60,824 nucleotides of DNA from Ministeria vibrans ATCC 50519 (Eukaryota; Protista; Filasterea): the NCBI GenBank assembly GCA_943704425.1, contig CALSCP010002192.1, positions 1-60,824 of the forward strand. Direction: 5' to 3'. The notes under the pieces are model-generated. The model was not told the origin of the DNA and ran no database searches. It was given only the letters and a program-made list of their open reading frames with translations. The number at the start of each line of letters is the position of its first letter. The stretch's first letter is position 1. Positions 12,636 through 28,032 of the stretch are shown here, piece by piece. Both the position numbers and the translations under genes were made by a program.

Positions 12636-12664
12636 TCAAATTTTCACTCTAAACTTTTATCCGT

Positions 12665-14771
12665 TCATTTTCTTGGTCGAATGGTATAGGAGATGCTGGG
12701 GGAGGAAGTGAGAATAGGGGCGATGGGACAGGCGACGGACTGAAGCAGGCCGTTTCGCGAGACGACAGGTTCGCCATCGAGAGCACATAGAACATGGTGG
12801 CCCGGCGAGATGTCGTCCACCTGGAAGGTCTGTGTGCCCCACTGTGGGTTTCCGGGCAGCGACACTTGCGCGGTAGTGTTGGTCAGCAACACGCTAGTGT
12901 AGCTGTGGCCGTCGAAGAGGAAGGCGGGAAAACGCACACCAAATGCGGTGATGTGGTCGCCCGACAGTGACGCGCGCACTTGTACACCCGTTGACGGACT
13001 GAGTGTGTACTCTTCGGTGACACGCACCCTGTCGAGCTGGTAGTGAACGGTAAAGGCAACGCTGTCGGGCTGCGGCGTACCGTTGGGCGCAAAGTCAATG
13101 TTCTTAATGTCTTTATAGCTGGAGTTGGCGAGCGACGAGAGGGTGCCGTCCGCGGTGGTCCAGAAAGCGCCAATGGCCAGACCGCCGTGTTGCTGTTCAG
13201 TGCCCGCCGAGGGCCCCAACAACGACTGAAGCGGACCTTGGTGCACGCGCTGCAGTCCCGATGAGTCGTAGTGGGGGTCGGCGGCCGTCTCAAGCTCGAC
13301 ATACAGACCGGCGGCATTGGCAAAGATCTTGTTGAGCTTGGGAATGCGGAAAGCAAACCCTCCAACCTCGGCGGGCGCCGCACACTCAGCAATAGTATCG
13401 TCCATGTAGAGCAGCGCCGTCGCCAGCATCGACGCCGGCAGCAGGTTGTACTGCGCCTGGTACGAGTAGCTCTCGTAGCCCCAACGCAGCGACGGATCAA
13501 AATGATTCTTGATGATCTGCAGTTCGCCCGTCGGCTCGTTCTGCCAGCGACGCACCGACTGCAGCGACAATCTCGACGCCCGTTTATACTGGCAGTGGCT
13601 GTCGGCACTTTGGTCCGTGTCCGTCGCTCCCAATTCGTACAACACCGTCATGACCGCCTCGTTCCACTGGTGCTGACTGCTCCGCCCACCCGTCTACATT
13701 TACAACAACAACAACAACATCATCACCATCAACGGTTTCAATCAAAAGACAACACGCCACAAGAACAAGTACGGGTATTTCGCCACGAGGGCTCTGCATG
13801 ATGAGAGAGACAAGCTTGCCGCGTCGCATGAGCTCGGTGAGATCAGCTGCGTGGGCGCCTGCATAACCCTCGCGCAGCATCACCGCAATGTACTTGCGCG
13901 GAAAGGCATCGTATGGCATAGGATTAAGGCCGTCCATGCCACTGTGATCCTCGTAGTTGCCGTTGTCCGTCAGCGCCTGCGACTCCCATTGCTTCTCGAG
14001 CTCCTTCTTGTACCAATCCGGCTCCGTATTAAGTCCCGCCTTGTCGCGCAAATATTCACCCGCAACCGCCACTAAACCCCAATTATTGCCTAAGTTAATG
14101 TATGCCTTGTCGGGATTGATGGCACGCAGCATGGTCTCCCATTGTGCCTTTTGCGACACGGAGACGTACTGACTGAGAATGCGATATGCAAACTACAGAA
14201 GAAAGGTCTGGTTGGTCAAACGCGATCAGGCACAAAGGACCGCAAAGGAAAGGTACCATAAGTGGCATGATATAAAAGTTGCAGTGGCCCTGTGCGCACG
14301 TGACGTCGACGAGGGCCGTCAGAGAGAAGTTGAAGGCACGAATGGCCGACTCGAGCAACACTGCACGCTGTTGCGTGTGGTTTCGCTCGACGAGCGTTGC
14401 CGCCGCAAACGAGTAGCAGGGTGTCGAGTATTGGATCTCTTCTTTGGCATACTTGTCGATAATGGCGCCCTCTGCGTTCTGCTGTGCCTGAAAATGCACC
14501 ACAATCCCTAAAAACAAACAAACCGAAATCAACACTCACTCACGCACACACACACACACGCTCTCTCTCTCTATCTTGCTCTCTTCTCTATACCTGAGAT
14601 GGTATCCAGGTAGTCGGAGGCAGAGAGGCCGGTCGGCGCGACGGGAGCCGCCTGCGAAGCGAAGTGGACTGCCTGCGAGGTGACTTGGGCGAGGGGAAAG
14701 GCGCCAATGGAATAGGCGCGGGCAGAGCCGCCAGTCAGTCCAATCAGAGTCAACGCGATGACCACAAGCAT
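12665..14771 (-). CDS. Secreted ~625-aa protein resembling uncharacterised bacterial putative glycan-acting proteins; exons 14771-14594, 14507-14257, 14192-13773, 13693-12665
   Basis: Signal peptide MLVVIALTLIGLTGGSARA. Three GT-AG introns splice in frame (1878 nt). Conserved-looking blocks YDAFPR, MQSPRGEIPTGGRSSQHQWNE and KNHF..RWGYESYS..QYNLL. Helical N-half, beta-rich C-half. Function is inferred. Confidence 0.7.
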
Positions 14772-15191
14772 GGGGTTTGGTTGCAGTCGAAATAACAAAT
14801 GACAAAAAAAGTAATGACTCAATGTCAAAAGTCAAAACCAGACTGTACGTCGTATACCCGACAAAACAAAGAGCAGCACTATACTTCCGCCGCAAACTTT
14901 AAAACGAGAATGTCCGGAAAGAAACCCATGAACCCATTGCTACACGTATGAGCGAGAAGAATGTCTAGAGGCACACGTAGACCCTGTACACGGCAGTCCC
15001 CGGTTTAGCGGCACCCCTCAGGCTCAATGCGCCGGAGGGCCCTCGAAAGGCAACGGGAGAACTAGGTGCCAACGTTCACGAAACTCTGATAAAGAATTAT
15101 TATCAAAATAATTATAATTATTATTCGTATAATAATATTATTATGAAAGAACTTAACCAAAAGTGTATTCAAAAAGACGAAAAACAAAAAA

Positions 15192-17086
15192 TCACCAGGC
15201 AAAAGGCGCAATGTAGTTGTCAATCTTGGATTTGTTCTGCTGGCTGATGCACTCGGCAATCCACACAATGTTACGACACTCCTGCTCCTTCAGCTTCACA
15301 AACTGTTCAAACCAGAAACAACATGAGTCAGAGACACATGCACCAGCACACATGGACACATAACACAAATAGAGACAAGAGCAAAAATTCGCAATGAACC
15401 GTACCGCGTAGAATTCGCCATAGTGGAACTGCTGCTCGAAGGAGAAGCCGTTGAGCTTGACCTCATGCTCGAAGAACTTGTCCTCCAGTGTCTTGTCGGT
15501 GGCCGTCGTGCCAATGCCGTCAAACAGGTTGCGGTAGTCCTACACCACACGACGAGGACGGAAGGAAAGGTGGTTGTCAGTGATGTGAAGGAAGAACAAG
15601 GTGTAGACGCGTACGGCGTAAAACTCTGCGACAGCGCGCACTTGGTCGAAGTCGTCACAGCGGGCGAGGCGCTGCAGACCCTCGGGGTACAGCTTGCCGC
15701 AAGTCGGGTACAGCTTCTCGCGTTCGTCACGCTGAAGCTCAGTGCCAAACGAGTTGATCGTGATCATAAACGCACGTCGGTCCGCCTCAAACTACAACAC
15801 ACACACGCACACACATCAGTTTTGAAACGCTCTCGTTTTTTTTTTTCTTCGTTTTTCTATGCGTACTGCAAGAATCTCGCCCATTACTTCGCCTGTGGCG
15901 CCTCCAAGAGTCTGGCAGAACTCATGGAAGTCCTCAATGTACGCCTTGTAGAGAGTGTTGCGGATGATTTCAACATTCATCTCGTCAAGATCGTGCTCAG
16001 ACAGACAATTGACAAAGTAGGGCGCTAAAAGAGAAACAAAAAAAGGTGCCGTGAGTCAAACAGCAAGCGGTAGAACGCGGCGTGGGTCTAGCAGTCTCAC
16101 CAATGGGAGTGTCGACAAGGACAGAGTTGTACAGTTCGGTGGGACTGGTGGCAATGGTGAGCGAGCCCATCGACTCAAAGAGACCCAAGGGGTGGCACTT
16201 GGGGAGCAGTTCGCTGAGGTCACGCTCGTGAAGGGTGCCTGTGATTAGCAGGATGATGTTGTCAATCCAGTAGCCATAAGTGATGTAGTCCAGAAAGGTC
16301 GCGAGAGGCTCGACTGCGTGGTTTCGCAAGTGAGTAAACTCGTTGACAAACTTCTCCGTCAGCTTGTCCGACACTGTAGAGACGGCCACGGGCGAAGCCT
16401 CATTGGCAAGAAAGTTGCCGTAGCTACATGTGTGAAGAAGAAGAGAGGATGGCAAGTGAAAGAAGTGAGTGAGTGAGACAATGAAACAATGAGAGGAAAA
16501 AAAAAAAGAGTGAGAGAGAGAGAGAGAGAGAAAAACACATCAAAACACATCGATGTTGTTTGAAAGCTTACCCTGTACTTTGAAGATGCATTTTCATGTC
16601 TACATGGCATGTCGGGCGATAGGAAGAGAGAAGAAGAAAATTGTCATCAAGGATTTTTTTTTCTCTCTCTCTCTCTCTCTCTCTGCTCGTACCGTCCAGG
16701 GTTTCGCACTGGACCAAGTTCAGGTAGTCTGACGGGCGCAGGATCTCAGCCTTGAGGCCGCGGAGGAGACCTATGCGAATGGATGAGTCGCGTTGGGCAG
16801 CGGAGAGGGGAGGCAAAAGGGCAGAGGCAGAGAATGGGAAAAAAAACGCACAGAGAATGCGTTGGAAATGCCGTTCAACGGGGGCAATGCAGCACGGGGT
16901 GGAGAGGGGTGTGTCACAAGGGGTCTTGGTGGGCCCGTCGGGGTGGACGCGCGCGCCAATGGCGAGAAACGACGAAGGAGAGAGAGAGTAACGAGCGCCG
17001 ATGACAGTGTGTCGTGGTGTCCGAACCATACCTTCAAGATATCCGTCGTTGACATTGAAGTAGTACTCTGACTGTGAAAGATGCAT
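15192..17086 (-). CDS. ATP6V0D1: V-type H+-ATPase V0 subunit d, multi-exon
   Basis: [64 protein letters not shown] and [14 protein letters not shown]. Confidence 0.95.
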
Positions 17087-17188
17087 GTCGAGTCTCCGTT
17101 GAGTAGAGTGTATTAAAAAATGAGTGCATCAATTTAAAATTAATACTATTAATTATTCGATCGTTCCTCTTCGCCCTGGGCCTACACC

Positions 17189-17974
17189 ATGCCTCGGGCT
17201 TCCGAGTTGGCACTGTTGAATCGTCGCCGTACACAACCCCCTCAACAGACACCGGTGGTGGTCGAGGGTGTGCCAGAACCACCGCCTCCGCGTCGCGCGC
17301 CCCAAACACGAACTCGTCGCCGAATTGTCCTGCCGAATCGACCCCACCCACTTCCAAACGGCAGTACGTTGACACATGCATGGATGGAAGGCAAGTAAAC
17401 CGTCGTACTCTGTGTAGTTTTGCTCGTCACCTGCATTTTGGCGATATCAGTGCTGTCCGTTCTTGTCTCCATCGCCCTCTCCGAATGGCTTCGCAAGGAC
17501 GTCACCGGCCTCATTACCTCCATTGGGCTTATACGTTACTGCGTGCCCAGCTACGAGCAGCAAACATATTGTGGGCTCATTCCGTCCGAGTCTCTCAATG
17601 GCACTTGGAACTTCACCATTGCCCTTAGCTCTCTCGGCCTCCTCTTTGACGCCTGCTCACTCGCCTGTTACATTCGAGCGTTTCGCTATGGCAATGCTGT
17701 GCGCGGCGGCCGTCTTTGTGGCATCATTGCAGCGTTGTTCTTGCTGTTGGCGCTGGTGGTGTTTCCTGCTGGCTTCTCGGCGGACGTCGTCGGTGGTGTG
17801 CCGTACAAGCTGCCTCACGACACGTCTATTGGCCTCGCCTTTGGCATGTTTGTTGCTGGTACTCTCTTGTGTGTTTCCGTCGAGCTAGGCGCTCACAAGC
17901 TGTCGCAGCGCGTGCCTCCCTGGCCTCGTCGCCATCGCAACGTGTCACTCGCTCAGCGTATTGGCTTACTTTAA
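17189..17974 (+). CDS. MOSMO: MOSMO/ATTHOG-like tetraspan (claudin/PMP22 superfamily), join(17189..17363,17418..17974)
   Basis: Four hydrophobic helices and the claudin W..GL..C..C signature. FPAGFSADVVGGVPYKLPHDTSIG matches the MOSMO loop FPxGF.....GGxPYKLP. A 54-nt GTACGT..TAG intron restores the frame. Confidence 0.8.
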
Positions 17975-18149
17975 CATGTTTTTTCTCATTTCTTTGCATG
18001 TAACAAGAACAAGTAAAACATTAATAATATAATAGGATTGTTTTATACTCTACAGTACTTTGGGAGTGGCAATGTGTAAAATGATTAATATATTATTTCT
18101 TTTTCAATAATAAAAGGTACAGTACACACGCTCTCACTCTCTTTCTCGC

Positions 18150-20654
18150 TTAGATTTCTGTCTCGACGAGCTCCTCAAAGTCGGTGCTGTCGTTGCCGAC
18201 GGGATCGTCGTCAGTCTCATTGCCATCGTCCACACTGTCGTCTGTCTTGCCCACCTCGTCGTCCTCGGGCGTGTAGTCGTCTCCAACGCCACTGTCGCCC
18301 ACTGTCTCCCGTGCCGCTGCCGCCATCTCAAACAACGACGGCTTCTCCTTCTTGCGCTCCAGATGCGGTGAGTGCACCTCCACCTCGCGCACCTCCACCG
18401 CTGAAATGGCCACTCGCTTGCGCGACTCTGTCGACCCCTGACGATCAAGTCGTCTCCGTCCTAACTTCGAGTTGCTCGGGCCCAGCTTCTGCGCCACAAA
18501 CTTTAACATATCCAGTCGTACCTACAAAAAAAAGAAAAAAAAGAAAAAAAAGAAAGAAAAAAAAACGAAAATTAACAATGAGAACAATAATAAGAATAAA
18601 AAAACAACAATAACAATACAAACCGACAATACAGTAAGAAGCTTCATGGGTTTATGAAAGCGATTGTTTGATCAGGAGACTTACAGTGAAGACGGTTTTG
18701 TAGTTGTCGATGAGAACACGCACACAATCGATGACCTTGAGCGACTCGGTCATGTCGCCCGACTCAAGACTGACGCTCGTCTTGTTCTTGGGTCTACGCA
18801 GCACGTTGGGCCCAAACATAAGAGCCAGGTTGTTGCTGTCCATGTGGTTGCCCTCGACGGGCGTCCCATCTGGCTTGCGCGCCTCTTTGGACATGGCCGC
18901 CACCCGCACCATGTGTCGCACCAGCATCTCCAGCACATCCAAATGCGCAATGGGTACCAGTGCCACTAGCAAGTTGAATGTTCGTGCACGCAACAATGGA
19001 TCCTCAAGCGCTGCATAAAAATAAAATAAAAATTGAGTAGGGATAATCGTGTGATTTGATTGTGAGAGTACCGAGAGCAGCAATGAAAGAATCGTATAGA
19101 TCATATGTGAGAAGGGGCTCGGGCAGAGCGCGGAGGTAGTGCTTGAGCAGACTGGCGAGGTCGTGGCATTTGTAGGTGGATACGTTGATGAGCTCGCCGG
19201 CGTCAAAGTCCATCTCAATGTCTTTCATACGCTTGGCAGAGCCCGATACGCGGTAGATGCCAGACAAGTGTAATCCTAACAAGTGAAAGGGTAAGTGAGT
19301 AAGAGTGGGAAGGAGTGAATTGGAATAAGAGAGAGGGAGGAGAAGACAAAGTGTAAAAAGAAATAAAAAACGGAGCAATAAACAACGAGACAGACAACAA
19401 GAGACGTACCGTCTTGGTCGATTCGGGCAATACAACTGGAGACAAGCAGAGGAACGCGCAAACGTGGCGAATCGCCCGGTGCGCCGTTGCTGCTGAGAAT
19501 CATTTGGTCGTGTTCCAGTGCCTTCTCCAGCGGAAGACCAAACAGTCGCTTTTTTGCTGCCGACTTTGAGGGAGAATCTGAAGAAGAAGAAAAAAAAAGG
19601 AAGAGGAATGAGGGGCGAGAGAGGCGAAAGAGGTCGCGTACCGGAACGGAAGAAAGCCCTAATGGAGTTGTCTTTACGAAACATACGGTCACGAGGAGGT
19701 TTGATGGTGCGGCCAAGAATGGTACTGAGCTGTTGCACAGCCAAATTGCGCAGCACACGCAGTTCGTTCTCCTCAAGATCACTGAAGCCCAGCGGACCAT
19801 CTTCGTCGCCTTGTCGGACGTCGATGGTCACTGAGGACCGTCGTGGCTACGAAAAAAAAAGGAGAGGCGGAAAATTAATGGTTAAAAAAAAGGAAACATA
19901 TAAACGAATGGTTTCCTACTTGACTTTCGGTCCAGAGGGCAAACTTGGAGGCGGAAGAATTGGACGTGTTGGGGGAAAGAGAGTCGTGAGAGGCCTTTGT
20001 CTGCGCCGTTGAGGCAATCGAGCTGCCACGCTTGCTGCGTGGCGGTGTGGACGAATTGTCACCGGCGCTGGCAGCGGCATCACCGATTTGGCTTCGGCGA
20101 TTCATACGGAGCGAACCACCAAACATGCGAGCTCGCGTAAGCAATGACTGTTTAGGCTCGGCGGCGCTGGGTGACTGGGAAGCGCTATTGCTGCTGCCCA
20201 GTTGGGCGGCACGAAGCGTCGAAGCCGAGGTCGATTGGCGCAGTGGGGACGCTGAAGAGCTTAATGATTTTTCGGGAGTGCCGAGATTGGCACCTCGACG
20301 AAATCGAAACGATGATCGTTTTTTCTGCGACACCATGTCCACTTCGAGATCCGTGTTGACTTTGGACATGAGCACCTGGTTGGCCGAGTGGCTTCTCGTT
20401 CGTCTCAGAAGATTCTTCAAGCCGCCTGCAGTGGCGGGTGCCTCCGCAGCAGTCGCTTGGACATCCGCTTTAGGCACTGCTTTGCTGGGTGACGATTGGA
20501 CGCCCGCCTGTGCCGCCTGAATGCCATATGGAATAGTGGGCGGTGCACTTGACTCATCTGCGCCGCCCGACGAGCTGCTTGCCATCGAGGAGCGCCGTGA
20601 ACCGGCGCGAGGCGGCTTGAAAAGTTCCACAACGGGAATGTCCGGGTCACTCAT
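18150..20654 (-). CDS. Rho GTPase-activating protein, ARHGAP6/36-like, multi-exon
   Basis: LFGLPL, VPLLVSSCI, arginine finger GIYRVSG, LASLLKHYLRALPEPLLT and GNHMDSNNLALMFGPNVL. Long Ser-rich N-terminus; start codon uncertain. Confidence 0.85.
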
Positions 20655-21913
20655 GCTTGAGACACGAGGGCTCGACTCCTGAAACAAACACACACCACTG
20701 TAAGCAACTACTCACCAGCGACACTGCATACTGCTACAGCACAAGCGACACATTCGGAGTTTGTCTTCGTTTTTCAAAAAAAAAAAAAAAAAAAAAAAAA
20801 AAAGAAAGAAAAAAAAAACGAAAATTAACAATGAGAACAATAATAAGAATAAAAAAACAACANNNNNNNNNNTTTTTCAAAAAAAAAAAAAAAAAAAAAA
20901 ACCATGACGTCGCAAACGAAAAAGAACCCCTCATCACAAGAGAGAACGCCACAGGCCCCATTACTTCAAATGGACCACAAGCCACATACACCGCGGCACT
21001 ATGGAAGGCGCCACGCCGCATAGAATGGCACCAGGCTGCGTTTGAGAGGATAGCAACGACGAAATGTTGCAAAAAAAAACGGAAAGAAATTCAACGGCGG
21101 AAGGAGCGAGAGAACACTCTCGAACAGCCCAGTGGGCATTGTTTGGCGCATGGGGGGGGATTATAGCGGCAGAAAGGGCACGGGATAGGCGCTGGAAGCG
21201 GCATACGGAAGACGCAACGATATGGGATATCTGACGTAGCATCCCTCCTTCCGCAATTTCATAGGATGGCGCGCACCTTTCGAACGACAATGACAATAGT
21301 ACACTGTCAGTCAGCGAGGGAAGCAAAGAGATGCGGTGACGAAAGTCACAGCGAGAAATTATTGCCTGAAATGCCTTGAGCCAGTCAGTCTCCTTTGGGA
21401 TTTGGATTTGGAAGGCACGAAAGGGATTTGAAACAAAATAATCACAAAATAATCGTGAAATAATCGTTGCGTCGAATACATTTTCTCGATATAACACGGC
21501 ACTCTGGTCTCTGAGTCTCCGACCGGCCAATCGGCCACTGTTGAGTGACTGAATTTGTTGTTTATTGTTACCTCTAGAGTTTCGGTTGAGTTTGCAAGGC
21601 GGTCTGGTCCGTCTGTGTCTTCGCGTGGTGACATTGTTAAGCAGTGGTTAAGCACAGACAGAGCACTTTCTCTTTACAACCAAGTATGCGACCTAGACTC
21701 TGAATAAGGCTCACAATCTCACATAGTGTATACTGTATAGTTATTACTTAACGTTATTGAAATCTCATTTATTTCTGCTACCAGTTGCCATTTGTGTGAG
21801 GCGTCACTTTCAGCAGTGCCTTCTTATCCCTCAACGCCCTACGTACCTGGATCCACACGCCACGTCGGCGTCCCATCACACATCATCATCATAATTGTAT
21901 AATTATAGTTTCC

Positions 21914-25484
<3,571 letters not shown>

Positions 25485-25823
25485 TGTCAATTTCGTGCTT
25501 TTCATTTCCATTTCTAAGTATTTTGTGAATGTGACTGAGTGAGGTATTTGAGTGACATTGGAGTAGTTTTAGTGTGAAAGAATAATAATAATAATACTTT
25601 TATTAATCTTTGCATTCTTGCCCTTGAATCACATACTACACACAAAAATCCACAGTATAACAGTGATCAAATGAAGATCAAATACCGGTCAAGTAAGTGA
25701 AGACTGGATAAAATGATGTAGGATGTGACAGGTCTTGTTAGCCGTTACCCACAGTAGCCGACGTTTTCAAGATTAGTTTTCAGTCGCCACTCGCCAGTCA
25801 AATAATTTTCATAATTTTTTCCA

Positions 25824-27994
25824 ATGCTCTCCCGGGCACTTCGTTCGTTCGCGTCAATTACGAGAGGACACGGTGGCAGCGTGATCTCAAAGAGCGTGCG
25901 GGCGTATGCGCAGGCGGCAACCTCGGCCGAGTCGGCTGTCGTTGTGCCGATTGAGCGCGTTCGCAACATTGGCATCAGTGCACACATTGACAGTGGCAAG
26001 ACAACGCTGACGGAGCGCATTCTGTTCTACACCGGGCGCATTTCTGCCATGCACGAGGTACGCAGCGCCCCCCTGTGCTCGTGGCGATGTGCATATCATC
26101 GTGGTTCGGCCCGTGCTGTGGTTCACGCGACACACTCTTTTCGTCACACTCTCTCGCGTGCCAAGATGAAGCCTGCACTTGTGGTGGGCTCGCCTTGCAT
26201 TACGTCGTGTTATTGCTGCTGCTAGTATGAGTGCGATTGTTGTGGACGGAGTGCGTTTCGTCTGGGGCTTGTGATGGGGATTGCCGGTTGATCGCGTGCG
26301 CACAAACGCGAGCCCTAAACCTTGTGCGACAGAAGCGTTCATTCGACTGACTCGTTGGTGAATTTTAGGTGCGAGGTCGCGACGGAGTTGGTGCCAAGAT
26401 GGACTCGATGGAATTGGAGCGGGAGAAAGGGATCACGATCAAGAGTGCGGCGACATTTACGACGTGGAAGGATCACAGCATCAACATCATCGACACGCCA
26501 GGTATGCATAAGAGTGTTTTGACGCGACCTTTGTTTGGTTGTGTGGCGTGTCGTTTAACGACTGGATGCAAAGATGTATATATTTTGATACAATGGTGTT
26601 GTGATGTACTGGTGATGCAGCGCAGAACTGAAGACCCCTTTTGTGTTTAGGTCACGTCGACTTTACGATTGAAGTTGAGCGCGCGCTGCGTGTCTTGGAC
26701 GGAGCTGTACTTGTGTTGTGTGCTGTGGGTGGTGTCCAGAGCCAGACTATGACGGTCGATCGGCAGATGCGCCGTTACAATGTCCCGCAGATTGCATTTA
26801 TCAACAAGTGCGATCGAACCGGCTCGAACCCAGCCAAGGTGCACATGACGAGCGACAAAACACTCTGAATGGGAACTAAACTGTCGTATTGGTTGTTTGA
26901 TTGCCGCTAGGTGATTGCTCAGGTTCGTCAGAAACTGCGGCGCAATGCAGTGGCGGTGCACTACCCGATGGGTCTGGAGGCGAACATGGAGGGTGTTGTC
27001 GATCTCATGACCATGGAGGCGGTGTATTTCGAGGGCAAATTCGGAGAGACGGTACTACATGATACGATATCATAATGACGAGCGATAATTATTATTATTA
27101 TTATTATTATTATTATTTTCATTATAATTATTATGATATTTTTTGTTAACTAAGACATTGTATTGTTTTTTTTTTCTTCTTTTTCTTGTGCGTTGTTTAG
27201 GTTCGACGCTCGAGTGACATTCCGGCCAAGTACCGGGAAGGCGTGGAAGCGGCACGTACAGTGCTGTTGGAGGCACTGTCGGACATTGACGACCACATTG
27301 CGGAGAAGTACTTGGAAGAGCAGCCTTTGACGGCGGAGGAGATTATGGCGGCGCTGCGCAAGGCGACGCTGGAACGCACCCTGACGCCTGTGATGATTGG
27401 CACGGCCTTGAAAAACAAGGGCGTGCAGACTCTTCTGGACGGTGTGCTGGACCTGCTTCCCAACCCGACCGAGGTGGAGAACCGCGCGCTGGATTTGAGC
27501 AACGACGAGGCACCCGTGCCGCTGGTGTGCACACGCGAGGAGGAGTCGACACTGCCCTTGTTGGCACTTGCTTTCAAGCTAGAGGAGAGTCGCTTTGGAC
27601 AACTAACGTACATGCGTGTGTACCAAGGCAGTCTACGTCGCTCGGTGACCGTGTTCAATCAGCGTGACGGACGCAAGACGCGCGTGACACGCTTGGTGCG
27701 CATGCACTCGGACGAGATGGAAGAGATTGCCGAGGCGCACGCTGGTGAGATCTGTGCGGTCATGGGGCTTGAGTGCAGCTCGGGCGACTCGTTCAGTGAC
27801 TCGACCAAGACCAAGCTGTCCATGGCGTCCATGCACGTGCCCGACCCAGTCATTTCACTGTCTCTGCGCAACACACGCCAGCCTGACCAAGACCGCTTCT
27901 CCAAGGCGCTCAGTCGCTTCCAGCGCGAAGACCCCACCTTCCGTGTTCACCTCGACGAAGAGACGCGCGAGGTATTTATTCACAAAAAATGAAT

Positions 27995-28032
<38 letters not shown>

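Noticed and set aside
12210-12689. Poly-N/I/Y and ER/SL ORFs here and at other repeats
   Set aside because: They are translations of intronic microsatellites.
14992-15072. HDV-like ribozyme or RNase MRP call
   Set aside because: The L3/P1.1 and P1 pairing do not fit HDV, and the MRP CR-V motif is absent. Kept only as an unidentified structure.
20776-20872. ~60-nt duplicate of the intron sequence at ~18550-18610
   Set aside because: It abuts an N gap after poly-A, which is typical of an assembly artefact.
20961-21655. ORFs and short AAATAATC repeats after the gap
   Set aside because: No domain, splice pattern or terminal repeats that I can support.
21839-21852. ACGTACCTGG resembling the U1 snRNA 5' end
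   Set aside because: It mismatches ACTTACCTG and there are no U1 stem-loops or Sm site.
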